64,000 nucleotides of DNA from Takakia lepidozioides. Its lineage: Eukaryota > Plantae > Bryophyta. Below the pieces are notes generated by a model. It worked only from the letters and a program-made list of their open reading frames with translations, made no database searches and was not told where the DNA came from. Shown here piece after piece: positions 52,690-64,000 of this stretch. The first letter of the stretch is position 1; each line of letters begins with the position of its first letter. The position numbers and the translations under genes are program-made. The DNA lies in assembly GCA_030704615.1 (NCBI GenBank), contig CM060731.1, forward strand, positions 77,562,001-77,626,000, in the 5' to 3' direction.

Positions 52690-54113
52690 ACGACTGGGAG
52701 CCTGATGTGGGACCTATAGTCACCGGAGGAGAGAGACGACGTATACGGCGGTTCTTGAGGGCTTACAGGAACTGCTTTGCCTTCAGTTTTAAGGACTTAG
52801 GAGCACTGAAGGGTCAAGAGATTCGCATTGAATTGGCTACTGACACGCCAATCTTTCGGAGACCCTATAGATATAGTGACATGGAGAGGTCCTTGATTCA
52901 GATGAGAACTCAGGACCTTTGGGAGGCTGGTTTGGTGGAGCTATCTGGGGGAGAGTATGCTTCAGCCACAGTGATGCCAGCCAAGAAAGATGTCTTTGGC
53001 AATTGGACGGAGAGACGTATATGCGGTGATTACCGGCCTGTAAATCGTCAGACCAAGTCCGATAGGTATGCCATGCCAACACCAGAGGAGATCTTTGATG
53101 CCATTGGGCATGCCAAGGTCTTTAGCACGTTGGATTTACGATCCGGATATCACCAGTTGCCGATCAAGGAGGCGGATAAGCAAAAGACGGCATTTTGGGG
53201 GATCAATGAGCACGGGAAGGATTGCCTATACCAGTGGCGGTTCTTACAATTTGGGCTTAAGAACGCTCCGGCAGAGTTACAGAGAGTCATGGACAGGATT
53301 CTAGCAAGGGTGGAGTTTGCTCGGTGCTACATAGATGACATCATCATCTTTAGTGCTACGGTGGAAGAGCATGAGAGACATCTTCAGGGGGTATTTGAGC
53401 GCTTGAGGGCGCATGGATTGAAGTTACATCCGGGAAAGTGCAAGTTTTTCCACAACCAGATTGAGTATCTGGGTCACATGATATATCCTGGAGGATTGGG
53501 GGTACAGCAGACTAAGGTAGAGTCCATTGCAGAGGTTCCACGCCCCACGGATGTGAGCCAAGTTTGAGCTTTCATGGGGTTAGCAAACTATTATAGACGG
53601 TTTGTTAAGGGATTTAGTGCCATTGCAAAGGCTCTAACCAAGCTGACCAAGGTGGACCAGGAGTGGCAGTGGGAAGATGAGCAAGAACAAGCTTTTCAAG
53701 AGCTCAAGACGAGGTTGACCTCGGCGCCCATCTTGAGACGGCCTATTAGGGGGCATCCTTTTCAGCTGCATACAGATTGGAGCATGTTGGGGCTTGGAGC
53801 GGTGCTCACACAGGTGGATGATGAGGGAAGAGAGTTCGTAATGGCTTATGCTAGCCGCTCGAACAACGTTGCAGAGTCTACGTATAGCTCATATGAGGGA
53901 GAATGCTTAGCTGTAGTGTGGGCCGTGGCACACTTCAGGTGCTATCTATACGGCAATCTCTTCACCCTTGTCACGGATCACCAACCACTCAAGTGGTTGA
54001 TGGAGTCAGACAAGCTTACGGGGAAGCTTGCACGGTGGGCACTCATCCTTCAAGAATATGACTTTCAGGTTGTGCATCGACCGGTTTGGTCAATCGCAAT
54101 GCAGATGGGTTGA
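52690..54113 (+). pseudogene. pol: RT and RNase H
   Basis: RICGDYRPVN..STLDLRSGYHQ..FGLKNAP..CYIDDI..YLGH; LHTDW..YEGECLAVVWA..TDHQPL..RWAL. Confidence 0.95.
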
Positions 54114-54220
54114 GTCGCAATCCATGCACAAGCCAGCAGGATGACACTGGAGCTCGGTGGCATGGTGAGACGGACAAGGAGATGGTGCCCGGATGACATG
54201 CATCTGCATTTCTGTGTATC

Positions 54221-55763
54221 TTGGCAGCGGAAGGCCAGGTTGCACCTGCAACAGGGATGACTGTAGATCAAGTGTCTGAGGACCCTGAGGCCAGCAATGA
54301 GCAAGGTGGCGCCAAAGATATACATGAGGATTCAGTTGTGTTGGACTACCTCCGCACTGGAGACACTGCAGCCACTGTGACTGCCAAGGAGAGGGATCGG
54401 ATCCTACAACGAGCCAAGAGGTTCAAGTGGGAGGGGACACACCTGCTCCGAGTGTGGGAGGATGGTCGAGTGAGGATTGTGCCTCACCCAACACAGCGGG
54501 CACGGTTAGTGCGGCATGCCCACGAGGAGTTGGGGCATTTTGGAGTACGACGCACTCATAGCCTACTGCAGGGGCAGTATTGGTGGCGTGGTATGCACAC
54601 AGAGGTGCAACAATTTGTGGCTAGGTGCATGGTGTGTGACAGGGTACGCGATTCATTCAACGCCCATACTCCACAATTGCACCCTCTTCCGATCATGGGA
54701 TTGGGCTACAGGTGGAGTCTTGACTTCGCAAGGCCGTTGCCACTGACCATGCGCCACAACAAGTATGTGTTGGTGATGGTGGAGCACTTCTCCAAGTGGA
54801 TTGAGTTGGTTCCATTGCCTGATAAGGCTAGTGAGGGAGCTGTGTATGCATTCTTGGATTGTGTGCTTAGCCGATTCGGTGCTCCAGCTGAGGTACTCAT
54901 GGACCAAGGGAGAGAGTTTTTTGGGGGAGTTTCAGGCTTTATGTGACAAGGCCTTGATAGACCACCGCACCACTTCTCGGGATCATCCTGAGGCCGATGG
55001 CTTGGCAGAGAGAGTTGTTCAGACAGTAAAGAGGGGTTTGCGCAAGTATGGCTTGCAGAAGGGACACCTAGGAGATTGGGACCTTCAGTTACCCTGGTTA
55101 GCCATGGGCTACAGGTTCAGCAAGCAAGCATCACTTGCCTCTTTCTCACCATACTTTCTTCACTTAGGCCGAGAGCCGGATTTGCCTACATCCATTCACA
55201 GGGAAGCCGCTACAGTTCTTAACCTTGACGATCCGGACGTGTGGGCACGTGCATGTGAGCAGCGTGCAGAGTTGTTCAAGAAAGTCATGCCCATGGCTTT
55301 CGAGAACCTTGTCATTGCACAACACCGTGATACGTTGAGGTATGCTACCATACGTGGTGGGGGCTATCGTCCTGGGGTTCAGAGATTCAACCCTGGTGAC
55401 TATGTCTATCTGCAGCAGACTGCTCCTATGACCTTGGATGTGACTGCAGGACGTGTTATTTTGAGGGTTCAAGAGGTCTTGCCCTCAGGCGTCTTGGTCT
55501 TGGAGGGTCGGGATGACATAACTTGGAAGGACCATGTGCATAGTTGTGCGCCATGTCACCTTCCGAATGTCAATGACAGGATTGACCCAAACCTGGCAGT
55601 GGTATCTGCAAGTTTGAGGTGCATGTTATGTGAGTCTGCTAGAGGGGCAGCCACCATGCTGGTGTGTGATCGATGCTCTAGAGGTTGGCATATGGGATGC
55701 TTGACTCCACCTCTTGAGATGGTTCCGGATGGGGATTGGTTATGTCCACATTGCATTGGATAG
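54221..55763 (+). pseudogene. Integrase (HHCC, DDE core) with a C-terminal PHD finger
   Basis: HEELGH..CMVC; WSLDF, MDQG, HPEADGLAER; C4HC3 PHD CMLC..MLVCDRC..GWHMGCLTPPL..VPDGDWLCPHC. Confidence 0.93.
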
Positions 55764-56023
55764 TGGGAGTGGATACAACCATGGAAGGCTAACAAGAAAC
55801 GCAAGGCCAAGCTACTAGGAGACCTTGAACACACGATATCCTGGCTCAAGTTCACAGATTGCAAGACGGCGACTAACGATGGGGCTACTCTTGTACCCAG
55901 CCTCTTGGTCTTTAGAGTTTGAGTACAATAGGGACAGTGATAGAGGACTTTGTACGGTTGTGGCTATTACATCTTGTAGCTATCTGGAGTTAGAGGGACC
56001 TATCCACTAGCTAGGGGGGCGAT

Positions 56024-56550
56024 TGTGGCAGACTACTTTATTGTGCATATATGTGTGGTGTGGTTTGGACAGCGATGTAGTTGTGTAGCGATACGTATGC
56101 GCACGACAGCTGTCAAGTTAAATAAGCACAATGTGAAACTAACTAGAATAAAGCTAGTTATTTGTATTTAACACTTGGATTTAGGTCAAGTGTTAAATCA
56201 GGTGTCAAGTTTAGTCTGACACCTGAACTGTCTTATCTTCACGAGAGCGTCAGTCGCGCAGCTCATCTCTCTTGAGTTGAGCCTGCGCGACCGAGCTCCT
56301 TCATCGTTTAGAACTGAGTGTGCTTATGATGGGAGGATAGGTTGTTGTGGGGTGGAGTCCTTATAGCTTGGGGTGCCCCTGGCTCGACTATTATCTGAAA
56401 GAGTGATGACGAGATGGATTTCATGTTTCTTGTGTTAAGAGTGTCATTTTTAGTTTTCTATCTATTGTGGCAGACTACTTTATTGTGCATATATGTGTGG
56501 TGTGGTTTGGACAGCGATGTAGTTGTGTAGCGATACATATGCGCACGACA
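56024..56550 (+). repeat. 3' terminal unit: two 85-bp TG..CA direct repeats (56024-56108, 56466-56550) around a 357-bp spacer
   Basis: tgtggcagactac...gcgcacgaca occurs twice with 1 mismatch; a PPT precedes only the first copy. Confidence 0.9.
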
Positions 56551-58132
56551 AAAGCTATAAAAGTATTAATTCATGGTGTTACTTCATCTTCTTGGATTCG
56601 TATTCGTAAAGATAAACTTCATGGTAGACAATTAAAGGCAGGTGATCTCCTTGAAAAACCAAATTTGGATAAGCTATTGCGCTCAGATCTAGGCTATAGA
56701 GATCTAGAACGATTACGAACATCGCCCGATTACTTGGCTCGTCTTTGAAAAGAAGCTTTGCAATGATTCGACAATTGGGACCCCCTACTTTTTTTGTCAC
56801 ATTCACAAGTGCTGAAAGTAAATGGACGCTACTATTAGAAACCCTTCATTCTCTCAACTATGAAAAATTAGAAATTCCGGATAATATACAAAACTTAGAA
56901 ACTAAACACATTGTCGAGTTAGTCCGATCCGACCCCGTTACATGTGCTCGATATTATGATCATTGAATGGCTGCTTTTAGACATCTATGTAAAAAAGATC
57001 ATACCATTTTTGGACCCCTACGTGATTTTTTCTATGTTACGGAATTTCAAAGTAGAGGTAGTGAACATGACCATGGAATGTTGTGGATAGCTAATGCACC
57101 CATTTATGGAATAGACCAAAATAAGATAATTGAAGATTTTGTGGATAAATATATAACATCTGATAGTAATGTTCTTCCACCTAGTCTTCGTGAAGCTCAA
57201 ATCCATCGACACAAATGGACATGTAGAAAAAAAAATCAAGCTATATGTCGTTTTCACTATCCATTGCCCCCAATGATTTGTACTATTATTTTGGAACCTT
57301 TCACTGAAGAATTAATCAGAAAGGATTTAAAACATTATACATTGATATCAACTCAAATATTTACTGAGTTAAATAAAATGGATTTGATGACTTTCTTTCA
57401 TTATTAAATATTGATTTAAAAAAAACATATATATGTGCATTGCGTATTAGATTGCAAAAACCTACTTTATTTTTAAAAAGAGCATGTAAAGATATCCGTA
57501 CTAATGCATTTGGTATCCACGCTGGCCCATTGTGGCAAGCTAATATTGATACACAACATATTCTCGATCCTTATGCTGCAACAAGTTATTGTACTTCTTA
57601 TTTAACTAAGATAGATAAAACTATTACTAATGAATTTCGTACAATAATAGAAAAATGTAAATCAGAACAAGTTGATGCAAATGTTAGAATCCGTAAGATG
57701 GGAAATGTGTTCTTCAATGCCCAGCAAATGTCCGCTCAATTAGCTGCATACGTTGTCTTATCTATACCATTATATCATGCATCCAGAACTTTTAAATTTC
57801 TAAACACATCACCGCCTCAAGAACGGGCATTTGTGCTAAAAGCTAATAAAGATTTACGACGACTCTCTCCCAAATCTACGGATATAAAGTGTGCATCTGC
57901 TATCGATAAATACATAGATCGCCCAACTACATTAAATCATTTAAGTCTAATTGAATATGTAGCAGATTATACAATGGAAATAATAATAATATAAAACGTC
58001 GTAAGAAATTTCATATCATTAGATATGTGCATTACAATGAGCATCAAGACTCTGAAAATTATTATCGAGAACAACTTCTACTTTTTCATCCATTCATAAA
58101 AAATGAAGAATCTCAAAAAGACAACCATAAGA
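56551..58132 (+). mobile_element. Helitron2 Rep half (partner of 12232-14710)
   Basis: FAMIRQLGPPTFFVTFT, TEFQSRGSEHDHGMLW (HUH), CRFHYP, YCTSYLTK; ends QKDNHK at TAAGA. Confidence 0.92.
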
Positions 58133-58460
58133 TGTCATGGACATAGCCCAGATGAACTTACCAGGAATAAATACCAGAAGTTACCAAGGTGCCATGTTAC
58201 CGAAAGTTACCATGACTTATCGTAATTTACCATGATCTACCATGATTTACCATTACTTACCAAGTTACTGGGAGTTTACCAAATTACCAAAAGTAACTTG
58301 GGAAACTACTCAGGAAGCTTCATTTGGTGGAAACTTCTCCATCAAGATACCTCATTTGTTTAAGGAAGCTTCTCCATTAAGAAACCTTTGTTTAATCTTG
58401 GAAACTTCTCCAGCAAACAACCTTCATAGGGAAAGTTTCTTAGGGAAGCTTCTTAGTAGC
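58133..58460 (+). mobile_element. 5' part of a family A LTR, interrupted by a family B LTR
   Basis: tgtcatggacatagccc... homologous to the reverse complement of 15015-15323. Confidence 0.88.
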
Positions 58461-60567
58461 TGTTAGAGGACTGTAGGGGACTTAGACACTTATACGGGAT
58501 CTGTAGGGTATCCTTAATTTTTGCACAGACTGAGACAAACAGGAACCTTAGGGGTGACAGCAGCGCACTGTAGAGGGGGGTTACATACCCCACACAGCCG
58601 ACACAGCAGTCACAGCCCACACAGCCAACACAGCCCGTCACAGTCGTCACAACCCACACAGCCAACACAGCCCGTCACAGTCGTCACAGCCCACACAGCC
58701 GACACAGCCGTCACAGCCCACACAGCCAACACAGCCCGTCACAGTCGTTACAGCCCACACAGCCCACACAGCCCGTCACAGTCGTCACAGCAGACACAGC
58801 CCACACAGCCAGTCACAGCCCGGCACAGCCACACAGCCAGTCACAGCCCGACACAGCCAAACACAGTCAGTCACCGCTTGACACAGCTGTCACGATAATA
58901 GGGAACGAAGAGTAGGACAGGGAACGACTGTGGGGAACAACACCAGTGAAGGGAACATGTTAGTTCACATACGACGGTTAGAGAGGGAAACGGTTAGAAC
59001 CGCGGATAGGAGGATAAAGGAAAGAACGGGGAATAGGAAGGGGATCATTATTCGGGGAGGACTTCGGAGACAGGCGGGAGCGGAGATCGGAGAGCACGAT
59101 GAAGGAGAAAAGAGGATTAGTAGATGCTTGTCATATGCAAAGCTAGAGTGATATTGTAGAGCAGATTAGAGACATAATGGATTCGGCCTGATACTTGATA
59201 AATCATAATCTGATACTTATACGATACAATCACACTGTGTAGAGAGATCTGAGTGAAGCTGTGGATTGAATGGAGGAGTTAAGGAAACCGATAAATTGAT
59301 GAAGCAAACTGATACTTAATTATCAATGGTGAGGTAGCTAAGATGAATGCGGAAAAGGAAACAAATAGGAAACACCCCCATGATACACTAGCTGTAGGTC
59401 ATGACTGATTGTTCTGCGCGGGCTGAGTACTTAGAGATTTCCAACTCTTCTATCTTGGAGTTTCCGCCTCGGATAGCGAAGGGATGGGTGAGTAAAAGCC
59501 GTGCGACATTTCCCACTGTCAACACCAAAATGTCGCACGGCTTTTACTCACCCATCCCTTCGCTATCCGAGGCGGAAACTCCAAGATAGAAGAGTTGGAA
59601 ATCTCTAAGTACTCAGCCCGCGCAGAACAATCAGTCATGACCTACAGCTAGTGTATCATGGGGGTGTTTCCTATTTGTTTCCTTTTCCGCATTCATCTTA
59701 GCTACCTCACCATTGATAATTAAGTATCAGTTTGCTTCATCAATTTATCGGTTTCCTTAACTCCTCCATTCAATCCACAGCTTCACTCAGATCTCTCTAC
59801 ACAGTGTGATTGTATCGTATAAGTATCAGATTATGATTTATCAGGTATCAGGCCGAATCCATTATGTCTCTAATCTGCTCTACAATATCACTCTAGCTTT
59901 GCATATGACAAGCATCTACTAATCCTCTTTTCTCCTTCATCGTGCTCTCCGATCTCCGCTCCCGCCTGTCTCCGAAGTCCTCCCCGAATAATGATCTCCT
60001 TCCTATTCCCCGTTCTTTCCTTTATCCTCCTATCCGCGGTTCTAACCGTTTCCCTCTCTAACCGTCGTATGTGAACTAACATGTTCCCTTCACTGGTGTT
60101 GTTCCCCACAGTCGTTCCCTGTCCTACTCTTCGTTCCTTATTATCGTGACAGCTGTGTCAAGCGGTGACTGGCTGTGTTTGGCTGTGTCGGGCTGTGACT
60201 GGCTGTGTGGGCTGTGTCTGCTGTGACGACTGTGACGGGCTGTGTGGGCTGTGTGGGCTGTGACGACTGTGTGGGCTGTGACGACTGTGACGGGCTGTGT
60301 TGGCTGTGTGGGCTGTGACGGCTGTGTCGGCTGTGTGGGCTGTGACGACTGTGACGGGCTGTGTTGGCTGTGTGGGTTGTGACGACTATGACGGGCTGTG
60401 TTGGCTGTGTGGGCTGTGACTGCTGTGTCGGCTGTGTGGGCTATGTAACCCCCTCTACAGTGCGCTGCTGTCACCCCTAAGGTTCCTGTTTGTCTCAGTC
60501 TGTGCAAAAATTAAGGGTACCCTACAGATCCCGTATAAGTGTCTAAGTCCCCTTCAGTCCTCTAACA
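58461..60567. repeat. Two full family B LTRs tail-to-tail (58461-59508 plus, 59531-60567 minus) with a 22-bp spacer
   Basis: ...gccgtgcgaca TTTCCCACTGTCAACACCAAAA tgtcgcacggc...; arms near-identical except in the minisatellite. Confidence 0.95.
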
Positions 60568-60604
60568 TTACCCCTTCCCCCCTCAAAAGCCGTGTCCTCA
60601 CGGT

Positions 60605-63600
60605 TTACTGTTTCCGAGTAGCAAGCCTTTGTGAGTGAGCACCTTGTTGACGTTGAGAGTTTCGTGGTGGGCTGTGTGTACGAGCCCGAGGTCTGTCTCT
60701 GGTTGATGGAGATGGTTGATCACTACCTGGATAAGTGAGGCCTTCTGGAGGTTGATATCGAGGTAATCTTTCCGGCATAGGAGATCCCCTTTGTTTCTTC
60801 TCTTCCATCTGAATTGCATAGTCTTCTCCCATGTCAAAAGAATTTTGTGAAGAAACAGTTGTATCAGAATCCTCATCGCCTCTCAGGTGTTTTAATTTTC
60901 GAACTTTTTGTGGAATCATCTGGGGCATATAATGCTGTCCTACCATGTCTGGAAGTTTGCATTTTACAACCTGGTGTAACCGTTGAACAGCAAAATTGGT
61001 ATAGACACTGAGCTCCTTGTCTATCCAGATGAGTGGGGTACCAATTACTGGTGCCGCGTGCAAGTATTTCCATGCGATATGTCCCTTATAGAAAATGTCA
61101 TCAAGTCCAAATTTCTGTGTTGACAAATTGTTGCAGGCTGCTTGAAACCATGAACGAATTTGAGAATCCTTTTGTATCATAACTTTTGGGTCATATAGGT
61201 ACATATGAGGTGGCACCGAAGGTAATACCCAATGATCTCCACTGGAGTAACTTTGAAAGCGTGCTTGCATCTTTTGTTCCTCTATGTGGTAACGTATCAG
61301 GAAACAAGCAGCGTAGTATAGCCCGCACCCCATGACAATACTTGCTATCTCCTTGGTCTTGGTATAAATGAGTCCATGTACAACCTGGAAAGCAACCAAT
61401 TCCCTCAACATGGTACCTGCCTCGTGCCAGTATTGTGCAAAGTGATGATCTTCAATATGTCGATTGTTTGGAAGAACTTTAGTCCTGGTTGCCACTGGCA
61501 GCCAGATACGCATGATTTGGTAGTAATGTGCGAATGACTGCGGAGGACTAAATTCTTTCCAAGCCAAATCCAACATGATGGGAATTTGGTTGAAGGGCAT
61601 AATCATAGCCCTACTGTACTCCCTGGCAGCTGGAGTTTTAGGTGGGTTAAAAGCTGCATTGCCCCATACCTCCGGCTGTGGTGGCTGTGGTGTGGTTGTA
61701 GTAACCACAGGTTCAGCTACTGGTACACTGACCTGTTGTGGTGGTGGTGGTACTGGTTCCTGTACCATTGGCATCTCCTGCACCTCCTGTGAAGACTGAA
61801 AAGCCAGAGTTCTGGCTTGCAAATAAGAAGCCATTAGTTGTTCCTGAGGGATATAGACTCTTTGGTCGATGTTTGAAGTGAGGTCTTCCACTTGAGTCTG
61901 GAGTCCGTCTACATCCTCTTGTAGCTCTGCTATCCTACTATAGACATTGTCTATAGTAGTTGTGGCAATGTTCTGCACCTGCAGTCTGAGCTCATTCATC
62001 TCGCTTAGGGTGAGCTTCCGTGGGCTTTTGCCCTCTACTGGCCCTTGTGCTAACCAGACCTGCATAAGGCTGTTATCCACCAAGCTGCTTGTGGTTCCCC
62101 TGAGAGTTTGCTCCTCTCTTTGCTTATACAATTCCAACTGCTGTTGTAAAGCCTTCATGCGCTTCGCCTGTGGCTCAACCAATTGTGCATAGGCAGCAAG
62201 TAAATTATTGGCTTCTTTCGAAGCCTTGTTACTGACCGCGATTTCATTTCTATTGGCCACGATGGTTTGTTGCAACTCCACGATGTATTTCTCATTCTCA
62301 GCTTCCATCTGCCTGTATTGCTTGAAAGTATCTTCATTGCGACAGATTGTATTCTTCATATCGACAATGAGCTTCATGTGCTCCACATTCTCTTCTTCTG
62401 CCTTCGTACATTTTTCCGCTTGACTGTTTATTTCTTTTGTTGATTGGTCAAGCATAGTTGTAAATGTAGCGCATTGTATCTCCATCCTGTTATGCACTGT
62501 CTGCAACTCCGTATGTAGTGCATTCAGTTCTTGTAACTTGCTTTCATGCTGCACCTGCATTTGGTATAGCTGTTGCTTATGTGCTTCGTGCAACTGGTCT
62601 TGCGCAAGGCCTGCTTCAATCAATTGTTGCTTGGCCAATTGCAAAGCCATTTCTGTATTGGCCAAGTCCTGCTTCATCTTGAGAGTGACCTCTTCATCGA
62701 CCTTATTTGAACACTCAGTGGCAAGTCGAGCCTCAAACTCCTTCCTGAGTTCTTCTTTCAAGGCTGTCAATTGGGTAATTGGAACATGGGTTTTGACATA
62801 AGTCCCCAACAAATTAAGTGTCCTGCCTATGGAATTCATCAGCATTGCCTGTTGAGGGTCATCATGGTGAGGTTGCTGCTGTTCCTCCCGATCTTCAACA
62901 GTATGATGTCTCACTAACCATTCAGACCATTGTCCCACCGGATTTTCTTCCTGAACTACTTCATTTATGACCGGTGCTACAGTGTCATGGCCTTCCGCCT
63001 GTGGTACCTCCGACACAGGTGTGTGCATTATATGTACCTCAGGATTTTCTTGGGCAACTGTTGCACCTCTGGGATTTCTGTCTGCTTGACCAGACCAGAA
63101 TATTCATAGAGAAGGTCCCCTTTCTCTATTTCCGCCACTATCTGTTCTGTAGTTGGAATATCTATCCCTTCACTTTCCAAATCTATTATTTCGGGTTGAG
63201 CTGCATGGATAACTTGTGACCTTGTGACAAGTCGTTCAAGTGGCTGTGTTGGTTGTGATGCAGAAGTAACTTCTTCCTCCCTCTCTGAAGGTCCTGCTTC
63301 CAGTAATAACATTCTTTTGTGCTGCTGTGCCCCTCCCTGGTCATGAGCTTGGGAAACATTATCATGCGGAATCCGTGAAGCCAGTGGATCCGCCACTACA
63401 GTCTTTCCCCTTCTCTGCCTCTTAGTCTCGGGTTGTGCTGCTAGTCCACCCTCACTGTGTGAAGAGCCTTGCTCTTCCATTGCAGTTGTTTCTGGCTCAA
63501 ACACTCCCATTTCCTTCCTTTCTTGTGCATTAAGTATGCCAGAACTAAGGATTATTTGAGCAATGATTGGGCCAGACACTATGATAGGAGATTTTGCGGT

Positions 63601-63999
63601 AGTACCTTGTAATCTTTTCATCTCCTCTACCAGTGCGTTGTACATTATGTCCGCCCATGGTACCTCTTGTCCCTTCAAGCCTTTGAGGATTTCCTCTGTG
63701 AAGGATCTGCTCAAATATTGTTGGTTCTGTTTCAGGGCAATCAGAACGTTCAATACTTGGCCTATGTCTTTTAACCCTGGGTACACAGCTTTGGTACAAG
63801 CATAACCCTGAGTTTTAAAGAAACTCCCTTCTTGGAATAAATCCCCTATTTGCAGTCTTTCTCTGTGTTCCTCCACATACACATGACCTTCTGGCAATCG
63901 AAACAATTGCTGGAGGTATAGGGGAGTAATCATTAATTCAACTCCCTTCACCGTTGTTGTTCCTGTCTTTGGCTCAAAGTTCTGCAAAAATTGTAACAT
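60605..63999 (-). CDS. Family B accessory ORF (323 + 807 aa, one frameshift), followed by PPT and 3' LTR
   Basis: N-terminus resembles plant-transposon/Athila env-like domains (TVKGVELMITPLYLQQLFRLP..VPWADIMY); long coiled coil; PPT ~60571-60584. Confidence 0.78.
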
Positions 64000-64000
64000 G

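Larger units (their letters stand above)
47730..56550 (+). mobile_element. Ty3/Gypsy LTR retrotransposon with a DNA cytosine methyltransferase and a PHD finger; 5' LTR not seen, left boundary approximate
   Basis: Order gag-PR-MTase-RT-RH-INT-PHD, PPT tagggggg at ~56012-56019, TG..CA terminal unit 56024-56550. Confidence 0.9.

Noticed and set aside
56024-56550. DIRS/Ngaro split direct repeats
   Set aside because: The element has a DDE integrase and protease, and no tyrosine recombinase.

Overview
Eukaryotic, almost entirely transposon-derived DNA with no intact host gene. Decayed PLS/E/DYW-type PPR genes suggest a land plant, probably a bryophyte, lycophyte or fern (inference). From left to right: a scrambled PPR pseudogene cluster (3-7 kb); a DUF6570-type Helitron Rep (8.2-11.6 kb); the helicase/endonuclease half of a second Helitron (12.1-14.7 kb, minus), whose Rep half lies inverted at 56.5-58.1 kb with a matching TAAGA target duplication; LTR family A; several rearranged copies of a non-chromoviral Ty3/Gypsy family B with extra ORFs; host gene fragments (Obg GTPase, RPL27); two copies of a CACTA element, one with an FCP1-like phosphatase domain; and an RTEX-like LINE piece. 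The main finding is a Ty3/Gypsy retrotransposon (48.5-56.5 kb) with a complete C5 DNA cytosine methyltransferase domain in frame between protease and RT and a PHD finger at the integrase C-terminus, i.e. a mobile element carrying both a chromatin writer and a reader. A second highlight is a ~2.1 kb tail-to-tail LTR palindrome (58461-60567) whose 22-bp centre contains a tRNA 3' end including CCA. All domain calls are by-eye motif recognition; no searches were run.
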